Of a stretch of 64,000 nt of DNA, positions 12,294 to 26,200 are shown piece after piece. Source of the DNA: Geosiphon pyriformis uo1 (lineage: Eukaryota; Fungi; Glomeromycota). Position 1 is the first letter of the stretch. Every line of letters begins with the position of its first letter. The DNA is taken from contig JAAOMT010000762.1 in the NCBI GenBank assembly GCA_016748015.1, positions 372,001 to 436,000 of the forward strand, in the 5' to 3' direction. Below the pieces are notes generated by a model. The model was not told the DNA's origin. It saw only the letters and a program-made list of their open reading frames with translations, and searched no databases. The translations under genes and the position numbers were made by a program.

Positions 12294-15200
12294 GGCTAAT
12301 AAACAGTAGCTTCAATTAGAGAATTCTCTCCAAAAAAATCGATATTGATATGATTGGGTCTTTGATTGGAAATATTATTGTTAATAGTTTTGTTGTTTTA
12401 ATTATCATTGTTTTTAAAAACTGGAGGTGGCAAAAAAAAATTGTTGCAATCTTTTGAGAAATGTTCAGTTAATCTACAGTGGTAGCACACAGGTGGACCA
12501 CAATTTTGCTGTTTTTGGTAAGAGGGCTGCTAAGGCTGATTGAAATATAGTTCAAATCTAGATTTTTGTGGTTGCTAGTTGTTTCTAACTGCTTAGATTA
12601 ATGGTTCTAATAGCTGAGCAAGATTTGCTATAAGTCTATCTATTAACTGTTTATTTGGGTCTTAAGTTTGGATAGCAAAAGAAGTAGCAGCCATTTGTGA
12701 AGCAAGAGCCATAACAGAAGCAGGAGCAAAAACTAGAAGAGTAAATCTTAGATGCATCTTTTGGTTATCTTTTATTTTCTGGGCAAGTTCAATAGCCATA
12801 TTTATTGTGGAATTATTTTTTAAGGCCAAAAGGGACCAAAGAGCATATAACAGATCTGTTCTTAATTCTTTTGTAAAAAAATAAATCTTTTGCTTTTCAG
12901 TCCAGTTTTTTCCAGAGTTTACTTTTTTAATTAACTTTTTGATGACTTTGGCATATTCAGTTACCACTTCACCAGAATTTTGGGTTCTTTTTTTTAGTTC
13001 TATGCACCATTTAGAGATTAAAATAAGAGTTCTAAATTTAGTTTCAAACTGGATTGTAAAAGAGATGTTTTCTTCTTCAGTATTTGTTGGTGCTTATCTA
13101 ATGATTCTTTGGTGAGCACCAACATCAGTTTTTTGTAAGAACCAAGTAGCAGAAAAGCCTTAAAGATAGCCACCAACAATTTGGATTTTATATTTATTAT
13201 CATATTGGTTGGTTGTAGTAGCTCTTTCAAAGTCATCTAACCATTTAATTAGATTTTATATATCACTTTCAAATAAAGATAGTAGAATGTTATTTCTTCA
13301 CCCTAAAGCAATTTGTATGCCTTGGAGGGTGATCAGAATATTTTGTTGCATGGGGTCATTAGCCATTGGTTCAGAAGTAGCTGTTTGTGTGAAATGTTCT
13401 GATTTACTTAAGAAGAGGTCAAAAACAGGAGCAGTTTAATAGCATTTTTTTTTCTGTTTCAAAGGGTGTTTTAGCTAGCTGATGGGCAGCAATCCAAATG
13501 TGAATTTGATGATTCAGGTATTCAGAATTAGGAGGCTGTTGTTCAAAGGTTGTGAAGTATAAAAGCTAATTGATGTTGTTATTTTTTTCTTCAAAGTTGT
13601 CTTCAAAATAAGCTTGGTCAAAGTAATAAGTTGTATAGGCTGTGTAAATTTCAGCTAAATGCTCATTCAAAAACCAGTTTTAAAAGTCTTGGAATTGTCT
13701 ACTAGATTGTTTTTCAATGAGGAAACAAACAAATCTATTTAAGAAGTTTATCAAGTTTTATAAGCTAAAAATAAGCACAACAAACTGCCACCAATATTCT
13801 CTTGAGATGACAAGAGAAAAAAAAAAGATGACTTTTAAAACACCACTGTTACTAAAAAAACAGTTAACAATTGATATATATCTTATTTATTAGAACCAAA
13901 AAAAAATCACTATATATTTTACTTAAATACAAGAACTATAAGAAAAAGCTTTATTCTATAAAAGCTTGAGTATCACTTAAAAAAAACTACTATACACATA
14001 CTTGTTATTATTACAAAGCATATCACAGAGAATACTTTGGTAATTCAAAACAACAGAGAAAATAGAACAATAAACCATGTTTTATTTGTGAAAAAACACT
14101 ATTTAATAAAGGAATATAGAATAATATTTTTGGTTAAAAAAGAATATACAATACATCATGCCAATACATAATTTTTATAAGTAACTGAATAAACAGAAAA
14201 ATGTTTTACAATGCCATATAGAACCAAATACTCTCATGTTTGGACAGTTATTTACATAACAAAGATAAAATTTAGAAAATGACAAGTGCTAAAGTTGAAA
14301 ATATTTTACTCAGCAAAATATTAACATTAAAAACAACTTACCAAAATCTGTCAAAACTATTTTTATCCCAAATCCAAACATTTTTGTTAATATTCTAAGC
14401 AATTCAAAACAATTCTATAAAAATTACCAAGATTTAGCACTTACTTGAAAAAAACAAGAGCAGTATTTAGAATAATTAAATACTAAACTCTATAAATATT
14501 GTCTAATTTTCAATAATTTTAAATATTGTGACAATTGTGACCTTATTTACAATTTACTACTATGTATAATCTATTTGATCCCTAAAGAGGAAAAACCAAT
14601 TAGCAATTATGTTTTGAAATTAGAATCAAAATTTAATTCTAATTTAAATTTTGACAATAATGACAACAATAGTTTTAATACTATCTACAATAACAACAGC
14701 AGCAATAATGATCCAAACTCCAAACAATATATTATATTTTTAAATCTTTTAATAAAACAGAAACTTAAATAGTTTAGCAATAATAATAAAAATATTATGC
14801 CAAAACAAATACATAATACTAATGCAGAGTTTGATTTTAGATATCCAGGAAAAACTGTCATTAGATTAAAATCTTATTCATATATTAGCATAGATTTAAA
14901 ATTAGCGCTGAAAATTCTGCAACAACAATGGTCTAATTAGCATTAAAATCTAGTTTAACAAAAAAAAAATCAATATTAGAAGAAAAATAATTGATGCAAA
15001 ATATGTAGAAAATATTATTATAATACTATAAAATAAATCAAAAAAGGCATATACCATCAAACCAAACAAAAAAATTATACAAACAATATTTTTATCTCTA
15101 ATAAAAATAACTCAGTAAGTATTAGTGAAAATAAAAAAAGAGTTAGAAATCACAGTTAAAAGAATAAATGAATTTAGATCTATGGATAAAGTAAAAATAT

Positions 15201-16394
15201 CAGTCAATATAATAGAAGAAAAAACAATTGATTAAAGAAAAATTATCTCTATCAATCAATCAATTTCTATTTTACTATATAACTAGTATATACTAGTCAT
15301 AAAGAAAAAAATAAGAAATCAATCCCAAATTTTTGAAATAGAACCTATTATTTATAAATTAGAAAAAATTGCTATAATTAATCTTTACATACTAGCCAAG
15401 AATCATAAATACATCAAAATTCCAATACATAATATAATTAAAGACCCAATTAAAATACTAAGCAAAACTATTATTGAATACTTAAGCATTGAAATTGAAA
15501 ATTAAACACCAACTACCATTTCAGATTTTCCACAACTTTGTAAATATGTAGACATTATATCACAAATAATTTACAAACAAAAAAAATGTTATTTATTACA
15601 ACCAAAACAGTTAAAGCAAATAAACTTGGAAAACTTAGACCCATTTTAATGTATACAACTTAAGTTATTATTTAACAATTTTAATAACATATTTGCAAAT
15701 AAAAACGAATTTGACAGAACTGATATCATTTAGCACTAAATTAAAATTAAAGATATAATACTAATAAAACAAAGAGCATATCAAGTATCACTTACTAGTC
15801 ATGAGATTATTTGTTAAAAAATCAACCAAATGTTAAACAATAAGTTAATTCAACCATTAATAAGTCCATAGTTATTATTAATAGTACTTATCTGAAAGAA
15901 TAATAGAAAAATTTACTTTTGTGTGAATTATAAAAAACTTAACAGTATTACTTATAGAAACAGCTATTTAATGCTTTTAGAGAAAAAAAATGGTTCTCTA
16001 TATTAGACTTAGATAGTGATTACTAACAAATAGCCATAAATTCAACTGATGAAAAAAAAACAATATTTACTACTAAAGAAGGAAACATTAAATTTGATGT
16101 CATGTTTTTTGGCTTAACTAATACTTCAATAACTTTCTAATGATTAATAAAAATTGTGTATACTAAACTATTATAAAAATCAGTAATAGTTTACTTAAAT
16201 AACACCAATATGTTCTCCAAAACATTTAATTATCATTTTTATCATTTTCAACAAGTATTTAAAAGATTAAAAAAAGCTAAATTGAAACTGAATACAACTA
16301 AATATTTCTTTGGAAAAACTGAGCTTAAATTTTTAGGACATATTATAAGCAAAAACAGCATCAAAAAAAATTCAGACAAAATTGAAATAGTTAA

Positions 16395-18760
16395 TTCGCA
16401 GATCGGTTATGATTAGGTGTGTAACACATAGTAAAATTTTACACAAATCTACTATTAGAGACACCAAATACTGGTTTTTTATGCTATTAGCAGTTACTGT
16501 ATTAATCAAAGCAATTAGTAATACAAATATATGGACCTTTATAAAAATGGTAAATAAAGACATGTGTACAAAATAGTAGTAATTTTGCTTTTTTTTATGG
16601 CTTTTGCTATGTAAGAAACCAGTATTTTTGTCTCTATTTATATAGTAAAAATTATTAGCATTCAATGATTTAAAATTTTCACAGTTAGTAATATATTTTT
16701 TTTTAAAAAAAGTGTTAAAGTTTACAAAGATTTTATAACCATAGCACACTTTATTGGCTTTATTACACCCATACTCTCTTTTTTGTTGAGCAAATTAGAG
16801 TTAGTTGAAGTGTTTTTCTGTTATAACTTGGCAGCTGTTTGTTGAGCTTACATAGGAAAATAATTAACCACACCCCTATTTATTGTTTTATTATCTTAAT
16901 TAGTATGTTCAACAGTTTTTTTATGGGAACAATATAGCCAAAAATAAAAAAACTGAAACATAATAAAAATGGTATTAATTTTGCAAGTGGTTTTTCTTAT
17001 TATTCATTTTCTATAACTATTGTATCTCCTGAAGAACTTCACCAATTTCTAACATTTGTCATGCTTGTTTATTTGCAGTATCTTTAAAAGCATGAGAAAA
17101 TCTCCCAATCTAATTTTGGATTATATTCACTTTTAGAATATCCTTCTGCATAATCTCTCCTAATTTTACAAATCTCATAAGTTCAACTTGCATTTTTTTT
17201 GCTGATATGCGATCTCGAGAATTTGAATTTCCATTTATAAAAAACTTTGCAACAACATATTTATTTTTTGACATATGTTTTCTCTTTCCTTTTCCACTTA
17301 TTTTCTGATTTTGTTTTAGTGCTCATCTTTTTGGTAATGAGTATTCTTAATCAATCAAACTATGATTTTTTTGATTAAAATTCTATATAAAACTTTGTAA
17401 ACACAATAAAGAAGCTTACTTCAGGCTGAAAGCAGCAGTATTTTAATTTATATTTTACAAATATAAGATTAATATCAAACAATCTTATTATTTTATTTAG
17501 AATTAATTCAAGAAAACACATTAATTTTGTGATTTTTTTTTGGTCTTTCTAATAGTTAGTTCTATCATAGATTAATTTCCAACATTATCTACTCTTTAAG
17601 TATTTTTTAATTAAATTTAAAGGTAATATTGGTATTATTTACATTATTGTTACTACAAACAATCTTCAGATTAGATCTATCTGACATCCATGGCATTTGT
17701 ATTTCCCAATTAATAAGATTTTCAGTATGCTCTGAAAAAGAAGGTTTTGGTCTAACAATCTCTGTATTACATAAATTTGCTACAACTGCTGGTGAATAAT
17801 TCTCTAAGCTAACATTTGCATAGGAATTTTTCTTGACTTGATTTGCTTATCAAAAACACATTTCAGTATGTTTTTATTACTCCATTTATTTGGTGTACAT
17901 ACAAATAATTTTTTATAATTCATTGATTGGAATAAAGATTGTGTATTAGGATGTTTAATACCAAAAAGGGTTTCTCCATCGTATTTGGTAAGAATTCCTA
18001 ATTTTTTCCAAATGTTGTTGAGTGTTTCATCTTCAATTAATTTAGTACATGTTTCATCTTGATATATATGTAAATAACAAATAGACTTGTTAATTACTTG
18101 TACAATAAGTCATTATTGTCTACTTATCTTTGTCATTATTGTTAAAATATATTCTGTTCTTGTACCATAATAATTTTTGAAAGATAAACATCCAATTGAA
18201 TTAATAACAATTATATATTTGTTAACTTTCAGAAACAATAGTACAAATAAAATGTTTTTTGTTAATTTCTGAACAAAAGCTTTATTATTGAAACCAAGAA
18301 TTGAAAGACCCAAGTATTCTGTCTTAACACTAAATATACTTTGATACAAAGTATTGATTGCAGTCAAAGATAAGTTTTCAATATTACTAGATTCTGAATC
18401 ATTAGTACAAATAAAGCCAAATTTCTGAAAATTAGTTTGTTTTATTATTGTTATTATAAACTGTTGTTTGTTTAGTTTAAAACCAATATGCATATATAGT
18501 CAGTAAGATATAATAAAAATCTCATTTTTAAATTGTTTTTGAATCCACCAATTTTGAGTAAACAAATCATAATATGTTTCAGAAATAATAAGACTTTTGT
18601 TAAAGAGATTTACAGTGTATTGTTGACTTTGAGCTATATTATGACAAATGTTAAGAAAGACAGAACATTTAAAAACAAAGAAAAAACTATAATAAATATA
18701 ACCATTAAATTTAATTATTATTTGTTAATTATTTAAACCAGGTAATATCTGATCTGTAAA
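16395..18760 (-). mobile_element. Non-autonomous TIR DNA transposon in a TTAA site, Sola3-like, internally deleted
   Basis: The host RT sequence GAAATAG-TTAA-AAACTTT is split, with TTAA on both sides (16391-16394, 18761-18764). Left end TTCGCAGATCGG vs right end reverse complement TTTACAGATCAG differ only at CpG positions. Minus-strand ORF remnants at 18113-18493 and ~17080-17330 (K-R-*-A-L-K, i.e. GWALK after two G>A). Confidence 0.8.
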
Positions 18761-19155
18761 TTAAAAACTTTTTAGTACCAATAAATTTAACAGAGTTAAG
18801 AGCATTTTTGGAATTTGCTGAATACTATTGCTGCTTTATTCAAAACTTTTCCAAACTGGTTCAACTATTTTACCAGTTCTAAGCTAAAAACACTAAATAT
18901 AAATAGACTAAAAACCAACAAAAAGCTTTTAACATACTACAGAAAAAACTTATTTAAGTTTTAGTATTGATTTATTCAGATTATAGCAAATTATTTATTA
19001 TTACTACTGATGTATTAGACCAAACATTGGGAACTATGCTATCACAAAAAAGAGCAAATAGACAAGAATATTCAGTGGCATATATCAGCTAAAGTTTGAG
19101 TCCAGCCAAAAAAAACTATAGCACACTAGCATTAAAATATTTAGCTATTTATTGG

Positions 19156-20059
19156 TGTTACAGATGTTTATTTGGAGTCTTGAATCAAATAACAAACTCA
19201 TAACTTGGTGCTCAATAACTATTATGGATGTTAATATTTGAAGGTTTTGGTTGTCTAAAAGGTTTTTGTTAAGTTCTTTGTATAATAAACAGAGATTCAA
19301 TGGTTGTTTTCAGTAGTCTTTCAGAATTGCAATTACATTAAATTTTTTTCTCAGTATGATGTCCAGTATTCCTCTAGTAAGCTATCCTCAATTTGATAAG
19401 TTTCTACCCTTATTCCTGGGTTTTTTACCAGTTTTTTTGACATCAATAACTCAGTGCTTAATTCTTTTAATCAATTTAGTAAACAACAAAAAAAATAAAA
19501 ATAAAAAAATAAAAAAAAATAAAGAAATAAAGAAAATAAAATAAAAAATAAAAAATAAGTGTTCTGTTAATAGCCATGATCAAGAGTTATTGTGCCAGCA
19601 GATTAAGTAATGGATAATAACATAGATTTGAAGAATTGAAAAAATATTTTTATTAATATAATTCAATTTTAGTTGATAGCAACTATCTTTGAAAGAAAAA
19701 TTATTTAATAATTATAATCTGCGAGTCTAATTGACTGAATTTTTTTAACTCTAGGAGTCTACTTAACTAATTTTCTAGCTTCTAATATTACTGCTATATA
19801 TATATAATTTATGTTATATGAGATTCTGCATATTTGTGAACAATATGCCATAATTTCTTAAACAATGCTCACATTGCTAAGCAATATGTCTGTAATTTCT
19901 GACAATGTGCTTATTGCTGAGCAATGTGCTGTAATTTTCTGACAATATTTCATATTGCTGACCAATATGCTTATGTACTAAATATTATTTTCTTATTAGT
20001 TTATTTTCTCTATTCGTTTTTCCTACTATTTTTCTTGTATTTTTTTTCTATGAGTAATA
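19156..20059 (-). mobile_element. Solo LTR of a family A relative, inserted in the A2 RNase H
   Basis: TGTTACAG...GAGTAATA ends. 4-bp TSD TTGG at 19152-19155 and 20060-20063; removing it restores host TATTGGGC. Terminal segment matches the A LTR 3' end (ttgagcaccaagttatgagtttgtt) in reverse complement. Confidence 0.9.
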
Positions 20060-22376
20060 TTGGGCTATTATGAAATAAAAAAAATACTTAAGTTAAAAGT
20101 TTGAAGTATATACTAATTACAAAGAATTAACATTAATTTAAAAACAAAAATTTGGAGATAATTACTATACAAGATAAAAAATAAAACTATTACTATTTAA
20201 TTATATAATACATTATAAAAAGAAAAAAAAACAGAAATGCTGACAAATTGTTATAAATAAAATAAATCTAAAAACAATTTAACCCAAAAATATAACAAAA
20301 AATGAATACACAAAAATATTAACAACTATAATATTATATTAATACTTAATAGTTTAAAAAAAAATTATCTCAAAAAAAACAAAATAACATAAAACAACAA
20401 TCAAAATATTTTATTACTTACCAAAATATATTATATTGAAAAAACAGAAAAAATTCAAACCAGTTACTTAGAGTAATTATAAAACCAAAAAAAGAAACAA
20501 TACTGTTCAACATTCATTCAAATCTAACTACAGAACATTTTTATAAAGAAACAATCATAAAAAAAACCAAGAAAATATATTATTGGCTATTAATATATTC
20601 AAATATCATTCAATATATTTAAAACTATAATACTTGTTAAAAAAAAAAGAAACAAGATTCAGTAAACCACTAAGACCAATTAAAGTAGAACAATTATTTA
20701 ATTAAATAAGAATTGACTTGGTTAGACCATTGACAATAATCAGTAGAGACAACCAATACATAGCAATAGCCATAAACTATCTTACAAAATGACCAAAAGC
20801 AAAAACAATTCAAAAAGCAAATGCAAAATCCATAAGTAAATTTATATATTAAAATTTAATTTGTTAACATAAATGTCCAAAAAATTGTTATTAGACCAGA
20901 AAACTTACTTTGTAAACAAAAAATTAACAGAATTAAGTCAAAAATTTAGAATTAAATGACTATTATTATCTCTATATCATTTATAAATCAATAGCTTAGT
21001 TAAAAGATTTAACAGAACACTATATAAAGCAATAGCCAAGATTAGTCAAAAAAACCAGAACAAATAGAATTTGTTTATATTATCAGTATTATTTGCTTAT
21101 CAAATAATAAAACAAGATACTATATAAACAATACTATTTAAATTAGTCTATAATAGAACAACTGCAATACTAGTTAAGATAAATATTAATACATATCTAA
21201 CTGAACTAATAACAGAAACCAACTTTCAAAAAACATTGCTAAAAAAAACATATGACTTAATAAAAATTCTAGAAAATAAAAAGTAAAAAACAGCTGATAA
21301 TATACAAAAATCACAAACAAAACAAAAAAAACAACATGACAATTAGTTATCAAATAAACCAGTTAAATTTAAAATTAAAGACAAAATACTCTTATATTAT
21401 ACCAAAGTAAAAAAACAATAAAGTAAAAAATTTGATTCCAAATAGAACAGTCCATTTTACATTGAAAAAATTCTGAAAAATAAAGTATACAATTTAAGAT
21501 AGAACAATAAAATATTAGCCAAAATAGCACATAGTGATCAACTAAAACCATATTACAATATAATATCATTATTTATCAGTAATATTTTACAATTAAAAGT
21601 ACAATAAATACTAATTAAACCAGATAAAATTTTACAAGATCTGAAACCAATCATAATTATTAAAACAAATATGTCAAATTAATTAATCAGAACAGTATAT
21701 AAAAAACAACACACACAAAAAAAACAATAATAAAAATGAAAATTACCAACAATATTTACTTACTTACATCACAAATTTTACAATTTATCTAACATTAAAA
21801 ATCAAGTTTTGAAGTTACTATTAACAAATAAACAATATAATATAAAGACAAGAGAGTAATTTAAAAATCTCAAAGTAAAAAACAATACTTCAAATATCAT
21901 ACTTTTGGAAATTTAATAGACAAAATAATAAGAAAAATAAAAAAGATATTGGAAACTTCAAGAATATTAATACCAAATAAAATATTTGTTTTAGAAAATT
22001 GAAACCAATAAGCACAACAAATTTCTAAGAACTTCTGCTACTATTAGTTAAAACAAAAAATAAACATTTAGAATTTATATACAGATAAGACCAAAAAAAT
22101 GTTTGATTTAACTATAATACAACAAATTAAACAAGTTATAGGAAAAAGTAATTTATCTATATATATAAGAGCTACAGATAAGATTTTAGGACCAGTTAGA
22201 AATACTACTACACCCAGAAATAAGTACAATAACTATTAATCAACTGAAAAAATTAAAATTGCAAATTAAAATTACAAAAACAATTTTTTAAAAAAAAGTT
22301 ATAGAGTTAATCCAAAAAAAAAATTTAGAAGATTTATAAAATCTTGATAAAACTCAATATTAAAAGAAAAGAATAA

Positions 22377-23170
22377 TATTACTCATAGAAATTAGGAATT
22401 ATAATAAGTAGATAAAATAGTCAATCAGAAATAAGCATAATAAAAAGAGGAATTTCAGAATTCTTTTCAAAAAATTGCAAAATTTCAGAATTCCAGAATT
22501 TCTTTCAAAAAAGTTGAAAAATTTCAAGAAATTTTATATAACACAAATTATGTATATATATAATAAGAGTATTAAAAGCAAAAAAGAAAAAAAAACAATT
22601 CAGTTCAGAACAACAATACTCCTTCCTTTAAAAAATAGTTTTTTATAATTTGAAGTGAAATTATACTTATATTAATAAAACATCTATTATTATTCGAATT
22701 TATATTATTATTACTTAATTAAAAAAATATTAATTTATTTTACACTATCAACACTCTATGTTAATAAAATTTAATATTTAACTATACTGAACCAATAGCT
22801 CTTAATTATAACTATTGATAAAATACTAATTTTTTGTTTTCTTTTATTTTGTTTTGTTTTGTTTTTTTTGTTGTTTACTAATTAATTAAAAAGATTAAAC
22901 ACTAAATAATTAATGTCAAAAATAATCTGGTAAAAAATCCAGGAACAAGGATAGAAAACTTAAGAATAGCTTATCAGAAAAACATAACTGTCAGAATAAA
23001 CTGGTCATAACACTAAAAAAAAATTCACAGAAAAAATTATTAATTAAATCTCTGTTTATTATACAAAAAACTCAACCAAAATCTTCAGAAATTAGTATTA
23101 TTAACAGCTATTAAGCACTAAGTTATGGATTTGTTATTTGTTTTAACACTCCAAATAATCATCTATAATA
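22377..23170 (+). repeat. 3' LTR of A2
   Basis: PPT aaaagaaaagaataa, then tattactcatagaa; ends catctataata. Near reverse complement of 1709-2506. Confidence 0.88.
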
Positions 23171-26100
23171 ACACTTTTTTATTTATTTTTTCATAATTGT
23201 GTTAATTATGGACTTGATTTTATGTGACTCTAAAACCAATTCATTATTAATTACTAAATAGTCAAGTATTATCTTATAAAATGACCAGTCCAAAACACTT
23301 CTAATTATTTTTTTCTTATTAGAACAAAAATTTTTCACATACCTATTTATAGCTTTTCTAATAAAATCATTCTTAGTAACTTTAGATTCATAATACATAA
23401 ATTTATAATATTTTTTTGACTATTAACAGATAATACAGAATTTTCTTTAACTTTTTATTATTATTAATTATAATATATACTCTAAAGGCTTTTTTTTATC
23501 AATAATAATTCAGGTATTAATAAAGCAATCAACTCTTAAAACTTGATTTAAATTTAAACTCTTTACAATTTTGGTTACCAACAACTTTAGCTTAAAAAAC
23601 TTAAATGATTGCCTATTTTTTAAACAATTAAACTTCTCAAACCAAAGTCTAGAAAACATTTCATTAGCAGAGTCTACTACTATATCTTTTAGAATTTTCT
23701 ACATTGTATCTAAATTACCACAAACTTTTGTACTATTAAATTCAACCAATTTATTTAAAAAATTTTCTAGTAAACACTCTCTAAACTGTAATCATTTATT
23801 GATATTAGCATCCTTAATCTTAAACTTCTATTTGTCCTTATTAGTTTGTTTATAAAAATTATTAAGATAAATGTTTAAAAGACTGTTTAAGCCAATTGCA
23901 ACTGAAACTGCTTTGTAATTAATATTAAAAAACTCAAACACAATATTAATCTTATGATCAATAACTGCAAATGCCAGATTTTGATTTACAAAAATGAAAT
24001 TAATGACTTTTTTAATGCTTCTAGAATTGTTTTAAGTAGAAATTTTAACTAACAAATATCCACTAAATAAGTTAATTAATCCCAAATCCACACAAAACTT
24101 GAAACTTGCACTCTTTTTTAAACTGTTTTCATTGAAATCTCTATTCAAAACCACAAAAATACTAAAATTAACTATCTTGACAATAAAAAAGTTGACTTTT
24201 AATATCTGGCCAAATTTAGTTTCAAATATACAAACCCAAAATCATACCAACAATTTACTTTTAAACAAAAGCCTAATTGAAATAATTTGACCAGAAATTT
24301 TTTCTATCTTGGAAACATATTAAGCCAAAAAATTGTTTATTATAATAACTACTTTAGCATCAAAAAAGTTTTTATATTAACCAGACATAAAAATCTGCAT
24401 TCCATCAAACTTGTTTATAATTTATAATCTAATATTAGATCTTAATTTTGTTTCTGTAACAATTGAAACCATATTATTTAAATTTATATGCCAGCAAACA
24501 ATGTTTTTTTGCTTAACAGAAACATTAAAATTCTAAACATTATATGTAACAAACTTTCAAACTAAATTAGTTATTAAGATGAAATAAGTACAAAAAAACT
24601 TGAGCCAGTATACAATAGATTTAACTTTATTAAAACTGAACTAACAAAAGTCTCAAAAGCTATCAATTTCAATTTTAAACCACCTATCTTAGTGATTAAA
24701 ATTTTTAAGCTGTATAAACTTAATACTAAAGTTTTAACCATAACCAAAAAAAAAAGTAGGAACAAAATCTGTAAATTATTTAAAACCATGTTTAAATTTG
24801 AATTCAGACCAAAAGTTAGTGCATCTATTAAAACTTAAGAAGAATAAAAAAAAGTTATTAAAACCAATTTTATACCACTAAGTTTATGCACAATACCAAA
24901 AACTTAATTAATTAGCAGTTCCAAAAAATGTTTCTAAAAAGCCAAACAAATACACAAAAAAAAAATCATCTAGCAAAGCAGATAAAGCTTTTCCAATAAA
25001 ATTTAAACCATCTGAAAAAGAAGAACCAGAACCAAAACCAAACAACAAAATACTAGGAACAAAAGTTATCAAAACTACTTAAGTTTATAACTTGTTACCA
25101 AAAGCAGCAAAGTAAAAAATAAAAACATTTTTTTTGATATACAATTTAGCTAATTAAAAACAATTGCAATTCTTTTAAATATTTTTGTAAATAGATAAAT
25201 AGAAAAACCAGAAGCATTATACTTTAAAGATAAATATTCAAAATACTCACACTTTTTACAGCAAACCAGATTTATTTTAGTTCATAAAAGTTTGACACCA
25301 CTCAGAATAGATTCTGTACAAAAAACTGACTTCAATTTTAATTTAAAGCCAATAACTGCACAATAAACTCTATTACCAGTTTTAAATAACTGGTTAATAA
25401 TGCAAGTTTTTTTACTAGTTTTTTCTAACAGATTACCAAGATTATAAACAATTGTTCTTATAGACAGAATAAACAAAAGTGCTCTAAATTAATTTTTTAA
25501 CATTTAAATATTACAATTTTTTATAGTCTTTGTTATACATACTGAATTTTTCCCAATTAAGAATAACTACTTAAATGCCAAATAATTAGTCTCTTTTAAT
25601 TCAGCAAACTTCATCATAGTCTTCTGTTATAATTCAATAAGTTGTAATTTGATTGACATAATTTGATCATATTCAGTTATTACAGTAACAATTATCTTTT
25701 TTGGTATGTCCATAAGAATTTTTTTGATTACTACAGCCTAATTTGACCTAATCTCTTGTCTTTTAATATTGTTGTTTACAATAATTCTTTTTTTCTGAGC
25801 CAATAATATGGTCTTATTTATGCTCTTTTCTAAAGTAAGTATAGATCTAATGATTTTTTCAAATTTTAAGAAGGTAATAGTTTTTTCAAAACTATTAATT
25901 AATAAAAAATTTTTTTTGATGAGCTGAGTCTTTACTGTTGCTGATTTGTCTTCTATAGCTAAGAAATTAATATTCAAAGCAAAGAATTTTTTGACTAATA
26001 CTTCCACTAGAGCTTTTATTATCTTGAAATTAATTTATTTTCTGTCTAATAAAATACTGAAAATAACTTTCTTCTTTTGAAAGAAAAAGCTGTCAACAAA

Positions 26101-26200
26101 ACCATAAAAAATTTTTTTAGATGTCTTTTTCATAGACATATTATTGCTTAAAGCAGCTTTTAAATTCATAATAAAAGAATTATTAAGTTGAGAAATATTG
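23171..26200 (-). mobile_element. LINE-a, 5' part (ORF1, APE endonuclease, linker), degenerate
   Basis: ORF2 start at 24574 reads (M)TNLV*KFVTYNV, from the APE N-terminus WKxATCNV. Pre-RT linker ORF 23183-23398. ORF1 fragments 24574-24789, 25282-25476, 25738-26007. 5' boundary approximate. Confidence 0.82.

Larger units (their letters stand above)
6856..13720 (-). mobile_element. Ty3/Gypsy family B copy B1 (3' LTR, ORF3, integrase, RNase H, RT, protease, gag); 5' end deleted
   Basis: Integrase 9045-9245 (CDICQ, IDIDVI), RNase H 9708-9989 (FILYTDTSDYGFGAVL), RT 10065-10739, protease 11562-12047 (LILDNR, from LILDSG), gag 12662-13236, zinc knuckle ~12440-12490. Colinear with 48545-54003. Right boundary approximate. 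Confidence 0.92.
13721..23170 (+). mobile_element. Ty3/Gypsy family A copy A2, 5'-truncated, carrying two nested insertions
   Basis: Starts abruptly at sequence matching A4 ~57729. Then Cys-rich region, dUTPase (~14800-15190), RT, RNase H, integrase (ATG 20302), ORF3 (ATG ~21736), PPT and 3' LTR. Confidence 0.92.

Noticed and set aside
1709-23170. One 21-kb element with long terminal inverted repeats
   Set aside because: The inverted ends are the 3' LTRs of two separate copies, each with its own PPT and pol; no shared TSD, and 0.84 kb of the host LINE is missing.
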